Below are positions 8,566 through 18,000 of a stretch of 64,000 nucleotides of DNA, in pieces. Below the pieces are notes generated by a model. That model was not told the origin of the DNA and searched no databases. It saw nothing but the letters and a program-made list of their open reading frames with translations. The position numbers and the translations under genes were made by a program. Origin of the DNA: Bacteroidia bacterium (lineage in GTDB: Bacteria > Bacteroidota > Bacteroidia > AKYH767-A > JBBKVM01); the NCBI GenBank assembly GCA_037968415.1, contig JBBKVM010000078.1, positions 4,358 through 68,357 of the forward strand. Direction: 5' to 3'. The stretch's first letter is position 1. Every line of letters begins with the position of its first letter.

Positions 8566-10974
8566 ATGCTCCAATCAAAAGAGGACTTGTTCCACAAAAA
8601 TGAAGATGAATTGGATGTGAAAGCGCTGATTGCCATCGCGCGCAGGCACTGGCATTATTTTGCATTGTCATTTATTGGTTGTTTGTTGGTGGCATTTCTA
8701 TACATCAAATTGACGCTGCCTGTATACGAGGCGCGTACAACCATCTTACTCAAGGACTCCAAGCACAAGTCAGCCAGTATGGAGGGTTATTTGGCTACCG
8801 ATTTTTTCGGGAATCAACGGAATATGGCTACAGAAATTGGAATTCTGCAATCGCGCACACTCATTCAGGAAACCGTGCAGGAATTGCCGGTTGCTATCGC
8901 TTATTTTGAAATCTCTCCATTTTTTAAAAAACCACTGTATCGTTACAGACCCTTCTCAGTGGAGGTGGTTCAGGTAGAGCGCAAGTTCAATGATCAGGCG
9001 TTTATTGTCGATTTGATTGATAACAACCGATTCAAAATAGAGTTTGAGTCGCAGAGTATGCCTGAAAACAATTTTGTAGGCGAGTTTAATTTTGGTGAAC
9101 TCATCAAAGCAAAAGGGTGGTCAATAATATTGCAGGCACATCCGGAATTTTTAGCAGAGACACCTGAAAAGCACTACCAGTTTATTCTCAATAGCAACAA
9201 TAGAGTGGTGCGACAGTTTACTGGAGGATTGCGGGTGGAACCTTTAAATAGAGACGCTTCTATAGTGTTGCTCACATTTACCGATGTGATTCCTGAACGC
9301 GCCACAGACTTCCTGAATGCTTTGGCACAGCAATACATCAATTTAGACGTGCGAGATAAAACTTCGGTTGCTACATTAACCCTCAAGTTTATTGATGAGC
9401 AAATGGACCAGATATCAAAAACGCTGGGTGGTATTGAAACTGACATGCAAAGTTTCAAGGAAGAGAAAGGAACTGTAAATCTCAGCGCTGAATCCGTTAA
9501 TTATTTGCAGAGATTGAGTGAAATAGATGTTCAAAAAATCAAGAATGATATCGATATAAAAACGCTTGATTATTTATATGAATATGTTTCGTCTAACAAA
9601 GAGTTAGCGGAAATGGCGCCCTCCAGTATGGGTATGCCCGATCCTTTGCTGGTGCAGTTGATATCACAATACCAAATACTGCAATCAAAAAGGAAGAGCT
9701 TGTTAGCCGGCACAAGTGCGGCATCACCAATCGTCAAGATTAATGAAACTCAAATAGCGGAAGTAAAAGCATCATTGCTCGAGAATATCAAATCCATTAA
9801 AACCAAAATGGTGCTAATGAATGAAGGCTACCAAAAGCAAATAGCATCTTACGAAACCAGTATTAGAAAAGTGCCTTTGCTCGAGCGCCAGTTACTTTCC
9901 ATTCAGCGCAACTTCGAAGTGAACCAGGATATATACGTGTACCTGCTGCAGAAAAAGGCAGAGACCAGTATAGCCAAGGCCACAGCAGTTTCTGACAATA
10001 AGATTCTTGATTCGGCAAACTATGGAGTTCGGAAAGTAAAGCCCAACACTCGGTCAATTTTGGGCATAGCAGTAATGATTTCAATTTTGTTTCCAATTGT
10101 GCTGATCACGCTGAAAAACTTATTGAAAACCACTATCAGCAGTAGGGAGGAAATCACAAAGCTCACACGCATTCCGGTAGTAGGGGTTGTGGGCCATCTC
10201 CATAAGTCTGATAATTTGGTGGTAAATAATTTCCCTAAATCATCGATGGCAGAAGCTTTCCGATCGATCCGTACCAATCTTCAGTTTTTTGGTTCAGATT
10301 CAGGAAAAGGGAAAATAATCTTAATCACCTCTTCAATCAGCAATGAAGGAAAATCCTTTTGTACGCTCAACTTAGCATCTATTCTGGCTTTGCAAGGAAA
10401 TAAAGTAGTGATTGTGGGAATGGATTTGCGTAAGCCAAAATTGTTCGATGACCTTAATGTGAAGAACAATCATGGCATCAGCAATGTGTTGATAGGAAAA
10501 AATTCGATCCAGGAAGTGATTCATACCACGGCTTTTGACAACTTGTTTCTGGTTCCGGCAGGACCTGTGCCGCCCAATCCGGCTGAATTGCTTACAAATA
10601 ATGAAGTAGGAGCTATTTTTAAGGAACTGAAAGCACAATTTGATTTTGTGTTGGTTGATACTCCGCCTATAGGTATTGTAACTGATGCTGTAGACCTTAT
10701 GAAGTTTTCTGACATCAATCTGTTTATTCTTCGTGAGAATTATTCAAAGAAAACTTTCATCAACAGTTTGAACGAGATGTATGCAAGTAACAAGATTAAA
10801 AATCTTGGCATAGTGCTCAACGACAGCACCTTTAAAGGTGCATATGGTTATGGCTATGGATATGGTTACGGCTACGGTTATGGTTACGGCTATACGAGTA
10901 ACAGCAACAATGGTGGATACTATCAGGAAGAGCCTCCCCAACCTTCTATCTTTACTCGGTTTTTTAAAAAATAA
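8566..10974 (+). CDS. wzc: Polysaccharide co-polymerase / BY tyrosine kinase, Wzc family
   Basis: Two TM helices around a periplasmic coiled coil; EAFRSIRTNL, Walker A SSISNEGKS, DMDLRKP, VDTPP; C-terminal Tyr cluster. Confidence 0.92.
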   Translation: MLQSKEDLFHKNEDELDVKALIAIARRHWHYFALSFIGCLLVAFLYIKLTLPVYEARTTILLKDSKHKSASMEGYLATDFFGNQRNMATEIGILQSRTLIQETVQELPVAIAYFEISPFFKKPLYRYRPFSVEVVQVERKFNDQAFIVDLIDNNRFKIEFESQSMPENNFVGEFNFGELIKAKGWSIILQAHPEFLAETPEKHYQFILNSNNRVVRQFTGGLRVEPLNRDASIVLLTFTDVIPERATDFLNALAQQYINLDVRDKTSVATLTLKFIDEQMDQISKTLGGIETDMQSFKEEKGTVNLSAESVNYLQRLSEIDVQKIKNDIDIKTLDYLYEYVSSNKELAEMAPSSMGMPDPLLVQLISQYQILQSKRKSLLAGTSAASPIVKINETQIAEVKASLLENIKSIKTKMVLMNEGYQKQIASYETSIRKVPLLERQLLSIQRNFEVNQDIYVYLLQKKAETSIAKATAVSDNKILDSANYGVRKVKPNTRSILGIAVMISILFPIVLITLKNLLKTTISSREEITKLTRIPVVGVVGHLHKSDNLVVNNFPKSSMAEAFRSIRTNLQFFGSDSGKGKIILITSSISNEGKSFCTLNLASILALQGNKVVIVGMDLRKPKLFDDLNVKNNHGISNVLIGKNSIQEVIHTTAFDNLFLVPAGPVPPNPAELLTNNEVGAIFKELKAQFDFVLVDTPPIGIVTDAVDLMKFSDINLFILRENYSKKTFINSLNEMYASNKIKNLGIVLNDSTFKGAYGYGYGYGYGYGYGYGYTSNSNNGGYYQEEPPQPSIFTRFFKK
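10843..10893 (+). repeat. Imperfect 6-bp tandem repeat encoding Y(GY)8, the Wzc autophosphorylation cluster
   Basis: tat ggt tat ggc tat gga tat ggt tac ggc tac ggt tat ggt tac ggc tat; third codon positions vary. Confidence 0.9.
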
Positions 10975-10975
10975 A

Positions 10976-12295
10976 TCAGTTTGATTTAAGAGGCTGAATA
11001 AGTTCTTCGAGTTTTATTTTTCGGGATCCTTTTAACAAAACAGCCGAATTAAAAATGGGATGTTTCACTAGATATTTTTGCAGTTCAGCAGAAGTTGTAA
11101 AATATTTTCCATTTATTCCCGAACCTGCGTCAGAGAAAAATTTACCCACATAATAAATTTTGTCGCTGGTATTCGATTCCATTAATTTAAGTACTTGTTT
11201 GTGTTCCATTTCTGAATCTTCACCAAGTTCCATCATATCTCCTAATATATAAACTCTATTGGCTGCGTTGAGTTTTTGAAAACTCTGAATGGCGAATGCC
11301 ATACTTGTGGGGTTTGCGTTGTAGCAATCTACAATCAGCGTGTTGGTTTTTCCTTTTACAATTTGTGACCTGTTGTTGTCTGGTTGAAAAGACTGAAGAG
11401 ATTCATTAATACCAGCGGCAGGAACTCCAAAATGATGCCCAATGCAGATTGCAGCAAGCAGATTGGGAAGGTTGTATGTGCCTGTAAGGTTTGTGGTGAC
11501 GGGATGAGTTTGGCTATCGCTCAATGATTGCCATTCAAAGGCGAGAGTGTTTTGTTCATTCATTGGTAACAATTTGCCAGTGATTAAACAATCTTCACTT
11601 GATCCGTATTTAATTATTTGGTCATAATTGCCAATCATATTTACCAAGGTGGGGTCGTCATTGTGGAGGAATACTTTTCCATTGAAATTTTTCAAGTGGC
11701 TGTACATTTCACCTTTGCCCTTGATGACACCTTCGATACCGCCAAAACCCTCCAAATGTGCTTTGCCAATATTGGTAATGAGCCCAAAGTCGGGGAGGGC
11801 TATTGCGCACAAAGCGGCTATTTCTTTTTGATGATTGGCCCCCATCTCGATGATGGCTATTTCGCACTGCTTGTCAATAGCGAGAAGCGAAAGCGGCACA
11901 CCAATGTGGTTATTGAGATTACCATGAGTGGCAAATGTTTTGAACTTGGTGGACAAGACCGCGTTCACCAATTCTTTGGTTGTGGTTTTACCGTTGCTTC
12001 CCGTGATTGCAATTACCGGCACACTTAATTGTTTTCGATGATGGGTGGCCAATTGTTGCAATGAAGTGAGCACATCATCTACTAAAATCGTATATCCGTC
12101 AATCCGGTACTGATCTTCGTCAATCACGGCAGCAATTGCGCCTTTTTCGCGTGCGGCAAATGCATATTCGTTGCCATTGAAGTTGGCTCCTTTTAATGCA
12201 AAGAAGACCGAACCCTCCGCAATGATGCGTGTATCTGTGGACACCTTTTCCGACTCTTGGTAGAGCGAATATATCTTTTCAATTATGTCTTTCAT
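10976..12295 (-). CDS. murF: UDP-N-acetylmuramoyl-tripeptide--D-alanyl-D-alanine ligase
   Basis: VSTDTR, ITGSNGKTTTKE, GNLNNHIGVP, EMGANH, TNIGKAHLEGFG, DCYNANP and LKGSR motifs. Start moved to ATG 12295 because the track extension overlaps gldJ. Confidence 0.92.
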   Translation of the reverse strand: MKDIIEKIYSLYQESEKVSTDTRIIAEGSVFFALKGANFNGNEYAFAAREKGAIAAVIDEDQYRIDGYTILVDDVLTSLQQLATHHRKQLSVPVIAITGSNGKTTTKELVNAVLSTKFKTFATHGNLNNHIGVPLSLLAIDKQCEIAIIEMGANHQKEIAALCAIALPDFGLITNIGKAHLEGFGGIEGVIKGKGEMYSHLKNFNGKVFLHNDDPTLVNMIGNYDQIIKYGSSEDCLITGKLLPMNEQNTLAFEWQSLSDSQTHPVTTNLTGTYNLPNLLAAICIGHHFGVPAAGINESLQSFQPDNNRSQIVKGKTNTLIVDCYNANPTSMAFAIQSFQKLNAANRVYILGDMMELGEDSEMEHKQVLKLMESNTSDKIYYVGKFFSDAGSGINGKYFTTSAELQKYLVKHPIFNSAVLLKGSRKIKLEELIQPLKSN

Positions 12296-12325
12296 AAAAA
12301 AACCCCGGTGTATACCGGGGTTAAA
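12296..12325 (-). terminator. Intrinsic terminator after gldJ
   Basis: Minus strand reads AACCCCGGT-ATAC-ACCGGGGTT then a T run (T7 counting the last stem bases), about 25 nt after the gldJ stop. Confidence 0.7.
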
Positions 12326-12347
12326 TTTATTTAAAATAATATGATTG

Positions 12348-13793
12348 TTATTTACGCTTTTTGGCTCCGCCCAAGCCAACTGGGCTGCCCACGCGGGCCA
12401 TTGCGCAGCGGAAGCCGATATAATCAGTAGCTTGTTCTTCGTCCATGAACCTGCGGGTGCCGGGAGACATCCAATAAGCTCTGTCTTTCCAAGATCCACC
12501 TTTATACACCCTTGCTTTATCATTTATCAATGATGTTAAACCATAGTTGTATGCTATATATTCAGGCTCGTCACCGTCAAGATAGCTTATGTTGTCAGAC
12601 TTGTTATAATTTCTGCGTGTCGCACTTTCTTCTTCCGTTACACTGCGTTTCACCACGCGACCCAGGCTGTCTTTTTCAACCAATTGACCTTCTTCGTCAC
12701 GCATTTGTGTTTCGAACACGTTACCACGGAATGAGTTGAAATCATCCTTGTCTTCAGGAGAAAGCGGACGGTACACGTCCATTACCCATTCTGAAACGTT
12801 GCCTGCCATGTTGTACAAGCCATAGTCATTTGGCCAATACGAGAATACCGGTGCGGGTCGGTCTGCATTGTCATTCAACATGCCTGCTACGCCCATGTTG
12901 TCACCTCGGCCACGCTTAAAATTCGCCATCATTTCTCCCTTGTATTTTTCATCTGCGTTTCGCACAAATGAACCATTCCATGGGTATTGACGTCTTTCGG
13001 TTACACGCTCAAACACGGTGTTGCCAATAAGGCCAAGCGAAGCGTATTCCCATTCCGCTTCAGTGGGCAGCCGGTAGCGTGGCAAAAATATGCCGTCTTC
13101 CATGCGTACTTTGCGTGTGTCTCGGTTGGGGTTAAGATCTACCATCGGACTTTTTACCAAGCCTTCGTATTGATCGGCTAGATAAGCATCGGTGTTGAAG
13201 TTGTCTTCGTTTATTTGATCAGGATTTACACGCAGGATTCCTTCGCGAATCAGGATTTGTTCATTTACCCTATCGGTACGCCATGCACAGAAGTCGTTTG
13301 CTTGTAGCCAGTTGATCCCCACCACAGGATATTGCTGGTAAGAGGGGTGACGCAGGTAATATTCAACCATTGGCTCGTTGTAAGCCAGTTTGCTTCTCCA
13401 AACAAGTGTATCGGGCAATGCCTTTTTGTAAACTTCAGGATAGTCAGAACCGAACACACGGTCGAGCCAGTAGAGATACTCCAGATAGTGGATGTTAGCC
13501 ACTTCGGTTTCGTCCATGTAAAAAGATGAAACCGTGATTCTGCGGGGAATGTTGTCCCAATCTTTCATCACTTGTTCCTCGGTGCGCCCCATTGAAAACG
13601 TTCCACCCTCGATAAGAACCAGGCCTGGACCAGTCTCTTGTTCGGTGTAGGCCACTACCTCAAATCCCCCGTTTGCAGGGTCATTGTAGTTCCATCCGGT
13701 TACACTTGATTTTTCTTTGAAACACGAAGTGAGTGACATAGTTGCCACTGCCATTAGTGCAAGCGAAGCGCTTTTAAAAGAAATTAATTTCAT
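12348..13793 (-). CDS. gldJ: Gliding motility lipoprotein GldJ
   Basis: Lipobox LTSC; GPGLVLIEGGTFSMG, SFYMDETEV, LPDTLVWR, YLRHPSY, YPVVGINW, WRTDRVNE, RLPTEAEWE and GLYNMAGNVSEW; flanked by murF and porU. Confidence 0.9.
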   Translation of the reverse strand: MKLISFKSASLALMAVATMSLTSCFKEKSSVTGWNYNDPANGGFEVVAYTEQETGPGLVLIEGGTFSMGRTEEQVMKDWDNIPRRITVSSFYMDETEVANIHYLEYLYWLDRVFGSDYPEVYKKALPDTLVWRSKLAYNEPMVEYYLRHPSYQQYPVVGINWLQANDFCAWRTDRVNEQILIREGILRVNPDQINEDNFNTDAYLADQYEGLVKSPMVDLNPNRDTRKVRMEDGIFLPRYRLPTEAEWEYASLGLIGNTVFERVTERRQYPWNGSFVRNADEKYKGEMMANFKRGRGDNMGVAGMLNDNADRPAPVFSYWPNDYGLYNMAGNVSEWVMDVYRPLSPEDKDDFNSFRGNVFETQMRDEEGQLVEKDSLGRVVKRSVTEEESATRRNYNKSDNISYLDGDEPEYIAYNYGLTSLINDKARVYKGGSWKDRAYWMSPGTRRFMDEEQATDYIGFRCAMARVGSPVGLGGAKKRK

Positions 13794-13817
13794 TTGCTGA
13801 TACCGTTTTTGCGAGTT

Positions 13818-13825
13818 CGAAAATA
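13818..13825 (-). promoter_or_regulatory. -7 element variant (TATTTTCG) for gldJ
   Basis: Plus-strand CGAAAATA, 25 nt upstream of the gldJ ATG; one mismatch to TAnnTTTG. Confidence 0.4.
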
Positions 13826-13851
13826 ATAATAATTTTTTATATGCCTTATAA

Positions 13852-14865
13852 CTAAAAGGTCGGACAACTTATTGTCCTAAATCTTTTGCGTTTTGGTTTG
13901 CATTCGAACTGAAGTCCGAATGATAATTCATGAGATCCACCAGGTGCATTTCCTAGCTTAGAAATAGTTAGGTCGTAACTATATCCAAATTTGAAAACTC
14001 CTTGTTGCAGTCCTACTAACGCAATAATGGACTCACCTGCAATGAAACTTGAAGTTTCGCCCAATGTATTTTCTTTTCTGCCCAGGTTGCTTCTAAACCA
14101 CAATCCGCCCACCAAAGGGGTTTTACTTACATATACTCCCAGATTCAAGTAATTGAAGCCGGCCTGTTGCTGGTATACCACGTTGGGTGAAAGATTGGAC
14201 TCGGAATATCTTGAATTTTCAAGTGGAATGATGGCTCCCAAATGTGCGGTATACTTGCGAGGAAGGGGACTTGATCCCTGAATGATGAATGCCTCATCGG
14301 GTTCGGTTATATGATGTACTGCAATTCCGCCATAAATGTTGGAACTATAACCCAAAAGGCCTGCAGATAGGTCCACGTATGATCTTGTTTCGTTAGGTCG
14401 TGATTCCTGGGTTTGGTACACAAATCCATACCTTGGATCTATCATATCACCAAAAGTGAGTTTGTCCCAATCTAGCTTTTTCTGAAAATAGGTTGCCTGA
14501 AAGCCTGCTTTTATCGAAAATTCACGACTTACGTTGAGCAGATAACTATACATTCCGCTTACTGAATTGGTGCTGATGGTTCCTTCTCCTGCTTTGTCGC
14601 TAAGTACAATAATTCCTAATCCTCCACCGATAGCATCCACATGTTGGTCGTAAGAAGCCGCGTAGGTCACAAAGGCACCCGGCAGCGCTGGCCATTGGTT
14701 GCGGTAATTCATCACAAGTCGGGGACACTTTACGCTGCCTGCAAATGCAGGGTTCATATATATAGGAGCCGCATAAAACTGCGTAAAATGCGGATCTTGA
14801 GCATTTAAAGTCATGCTCGAAATCAACAATATTAAAGAAAGAAACCTAGTCAGCCTAAATATCAT
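13852..14865 (-). CDS. Type IX secretion system membrane protein, PorP/SprF family
   Basis: AQDPHFTQFYAAPIYMNPAFAG, NYRNQWP, FKFGYSYD and GGSHELS motifs; signal peptide. Confidence 0.9.
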   Translation of the reverse strand: MIFRLTRFLSLILLISSMTLNAQDPHFTQFYAAPIYMNPAFAGSVKCPRLVMNYRNQWPALPGAFVTYAASYDQHVDAIGGGLGIIVLSDKAGEGTISTNSVSGMYSYLLNVSREFSIKAGFQATYFQKKLDWDKLTFGDMIDPRYGFVYQTQESRPNETRSYVDLSAGLLGYSSNIYGGIAVHHITEPDEAFIIQGSSPLPRKYTAHLGAIIPLENSRYSESNLSPNVVYQQQAGFNYLNLGVYVSKTPLVGGLWFRSNLGRKENTLGETSSFIAGESIIALVGLQQGVFKFGYSYDLTISKLGNAPGGSHELSFGLQFECKPKRKRFRTISCPTF

Positions 14866-14983
14866 GAATCCGCGGTAATTGAGGGTTTCTATTACGCAAA
14901 TAGAAAATGAATGTTACAAATTTATTATTTGAGCAATATCAACAGACTCCATACGTTTTTTAGCCTTGTATATTGTCTGATAG

Positions 14984-15014
14984 CAAAGGTAATTTTAATG
15001 CAATCATTCACAAA
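14984..15014 (-). promoter_or_regulatory. Complete Bacteroidota sigma-A promoter (TTTG-N19-TACCTTTG) for the PorP-family gene
   Basis: Plus-strand CAAAGGTA at 14984-14991 and CAAA at 15011-15014, 19-nt spacer; matches the consensus exactly. Confidence 0.7.
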
Positions 15015-15043
15015 TCTAAATAATTAAGCACATTTTAAATAAC

Positions 15044-15051
15044 TATCTTTG
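15044..15051 (+). promoter_or_regulatory. -7 element (TATCTTTG) for porU
   Basis: Exact TAnnTTTG, 45 nt upstream of the porU ATG; back-to-back with the divergent promoter. Confidence 0.6.
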
Positions 15052-15096
15052 TATGAGCTGATTTTACATTGTTTTTAACTCCCTAATTTTAAAATC

Positions 15097-18000
15097 ATGG
15101 CTTATCGCAAAGTGCGAAATTTAGTGTTGTTTTTTAGCTTAATTATTGGTTTTTCAAATGTCTCTGCTCAAGATATTGTGAAATCAGTTTCGCTTATATG
15201 GCAGGATCCGGCTATCGAAAAAGTAAGCGATGAGCAAACCATAAGTTTTCTGCGTTTTGAAAATTGTGTAATCGACCCCTCACGCGGATTGCTTCCAGTG
15301 TACATTGGCGAATTCGAAGTGTCCGGAGCCACCGTTTCTGTAGAAGCCCAAATCATTAACCCACAGTATAAAAGTATCGCGCACGCTTCGCTCAATCTTA
15401 ACAGCGAGCGAATTTCCAGCCTCCCGTTTGTGAAGGCCGATGTGGTGGTGCAAAACAAAAAAGCATCAGGGTTAATAACCGTGATGCCCATCCGTGCTAC
15501 TGGCAACGGAAATTTTGAAGCGCTCACCTCTTTTGATGTGATAGTAAAAGTTTTGCCAGTGCGGGCGGCCAACGTTGATAAAAGTGCATTGGCAACCAAT
15601 TCGGTATTAAACACAGGCTCCTGGTATCGGATAGCGGTGGCGAGCGATGGGGTTTATAAGTTGGATTACAATTTCTTGAAAGCAATTGGAGTGGACATGA
15701 CCAACTTCAACACAGCCAATTTGCGTGTGTTTGGAAATGGCGGTGGTATGTTGCCTTATGCCAACAGCATGCCCCGAACCGATGATTTGGCTGAGAACGC
15801 AATTTATATTTCCGATCAAAATGGAAATGGAATTTTTGATCAGACTGATTACGCATTGTTTTATGGCCAAGGGCAGACGCGATGGACTTATACAAGTGCC
15901 GATAAACGCTTTCATCACGCTATCAATGAGTATACTGACACTACTTACTATTTTGTAACAGCCAATCAAGGAGCTGGGTTGCGCATTAGCACAGTTCCAG
16001 TTCCTGGCGCACCTGCAAATAAGTTTGTAAATACTTTTGATGATTATGCAGTGCATCATTATGATAAAATAAATTTTTTAAAATCGGGGCGCCAATTTTT
16101 TGGAGAAACGTTCGACATATTGCTACAACAAACTTTCAACTTTAGTTTTCCGAATATCGATTTTTCCACCCCAGTTTATATAAAGACGCGCGCAGTGGCC
16201 CGCACGTTTGCGGCTTCTTCTATGAATGTGCGCGTTTCGGGCTCCAATGTGATGACACTGAATTTTACCGATTTGCCTGGTGGTCCCGGATGTTATTGGT
16301 GTGAGTACGCTAAGTCACCAATCAATTCTGATACAACTAGTTTTAGTACTTCGCTTTCTAATTTTGCGGTGGATTTGATTTATAATCCATCGGGCTCAGT
16401 TTCTACCGCATGGCTCGATTATATGGAGCTAAATGCCAGACGCCAGCTAAAAATGAGCGGGAATCAAATGATGATCAGAGACTTAGCTGCAATAGGCGCG
16501 GGCAACATAGCCGAGTACACCCTTGCACGCAATTCTACTTCACAATCCATTACAATTTGGGATGTAAGCAATCCCACTGCACCAGTTTTGGTGCCTCACA
16601 CGACCAGTGGCTTAAATGCGATTTTTAAAACGGACGCATCCAGTTTAAGAGAATATGCGCTGTTCACCACTTCAGGCTTTCCTACACCTATTAGTGTAGG
16701 GCCAGTTGCAAATCAGGATTTGCATGCCATGACTCAGGCCAACATGATCATCGTTGCACCCCCTGTTTTTATGAGCGAAGCCCAGCGTTTGGCTGAGTTC
16801 CACCGGAACGTTACCAACCTTACCGTGCATTTGGTTACGCCCCAACAGATATACAACGAATTTTCTTCAGGAGCGCAACAGGCGCAAGCCATCCGCGATT
16901 TCATGAAGATGTTTTATGACCGAGCCACAACATCAGTGGAGCAGCCAAGATTCCTTTTGTTATTTGGCGATGGATCATATGACAACAAAACCAATTCCGC
17001 CTCCAACACCAACTTTATACCCACCTATCAATCACTCAATTCGCTCTGGACTTTGAGTTCCTATGTTTCGGATGATTTTTATGGAAATCTGGACGACACA
17101 GAAGGCGACTGGGATGTAACCATTGATGCCAGTGATGTGGGTGTAGGGCGATTGCCAGTACGCTCGCTGACCGAAGCACGGAACATGGTGAATAAAATCA
17201 TTCATTATTCAAGCCCCGCGCCCCAACAAGATTTTGATTTTGAATACAGCAGCAATGGCTATCGTAAATCACCTTTTGGTGATTGGCGCAATGTAGTTTG
17301 TTTTGTAGGCGATGATGAAGACCTGGACTTGCATCTCGATCAGGCCAACACACTGGCCGACACTTTGTGGAGCCGATATCGCAATTACAACATTGATAAA
17401 ATTTACCTTGATGCTTATCCGCAGGAAAGCACTCCAGGTGGACATCGCTACCCGGGCGTAAAAGAAGCATTGAACAAGCGTGTAGAACGTGGTGCACTCA
17501 TCATCAATTATACCGGCCACGGAGGCGAACTTGGCTGGGCACATGAGCGGATACTCGACAATACTGACATTAATTCCTGGACCAACTGGAATAACATGCC
17601 GGCATTTTTCACAGCCACTTGCGAATTTAGTCGATTTGATGATCCTGCCAGGGTGTCAGCCGGAGAGTATGTGTTGCTCAATTCAAAAGGCGGTGGAATC
17701 GCTTTGTTCACCACTGTGCGGTTGGTTTATGCAACGCCCAATTTTGCACTCAACCGCGATTTTGTAAACTTAGTTTTCGAACCCGATAATGGCAATGTTC
17801 CGTTCATGGGTGATTTGTTCAGGAAAACAAAAAATGTATCTCCCGGAGATTACAACAGACGTAACTTTACTTTGCTTGGCGATCCAGCCATTCGACTTGC
17901 ATATCCAACAAACCGAGTAGTTACCACTTCTGTAAATTCTAATCCGGTGTCGGCTGTGGCAGACACGATACAAGGTTTGAGTAAAGTCATTATTACAGGT

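Noticed and set aside
10843-10893. Phase-variable simple sequence repeat in wzc
   Set aside because: Third codon positions are heterogeneous (GGT/GGC/GGA, TAT/TAC), so this is a protein-level GY repeat, not a slippage tract.
12296-12523. 76-aa N-terminal extension of murF in the ORF track
   Set aside because: It overlaps the gldJ 3' end and crosses a terminator; MurF similarity starts at MKDIIE (12295). Similar spurious extensions were trimmed for pdhA, recG, aconitase, porV, csp and the beta-helix gene.
12348-13793. Formylglycine-generating enzyme (sulfatase maturation) call for the SUMF1-like protein
   Set aside because: The lipobox, GldJ-specific N-terminal motifs and murF/porU context identify it as GldJ.
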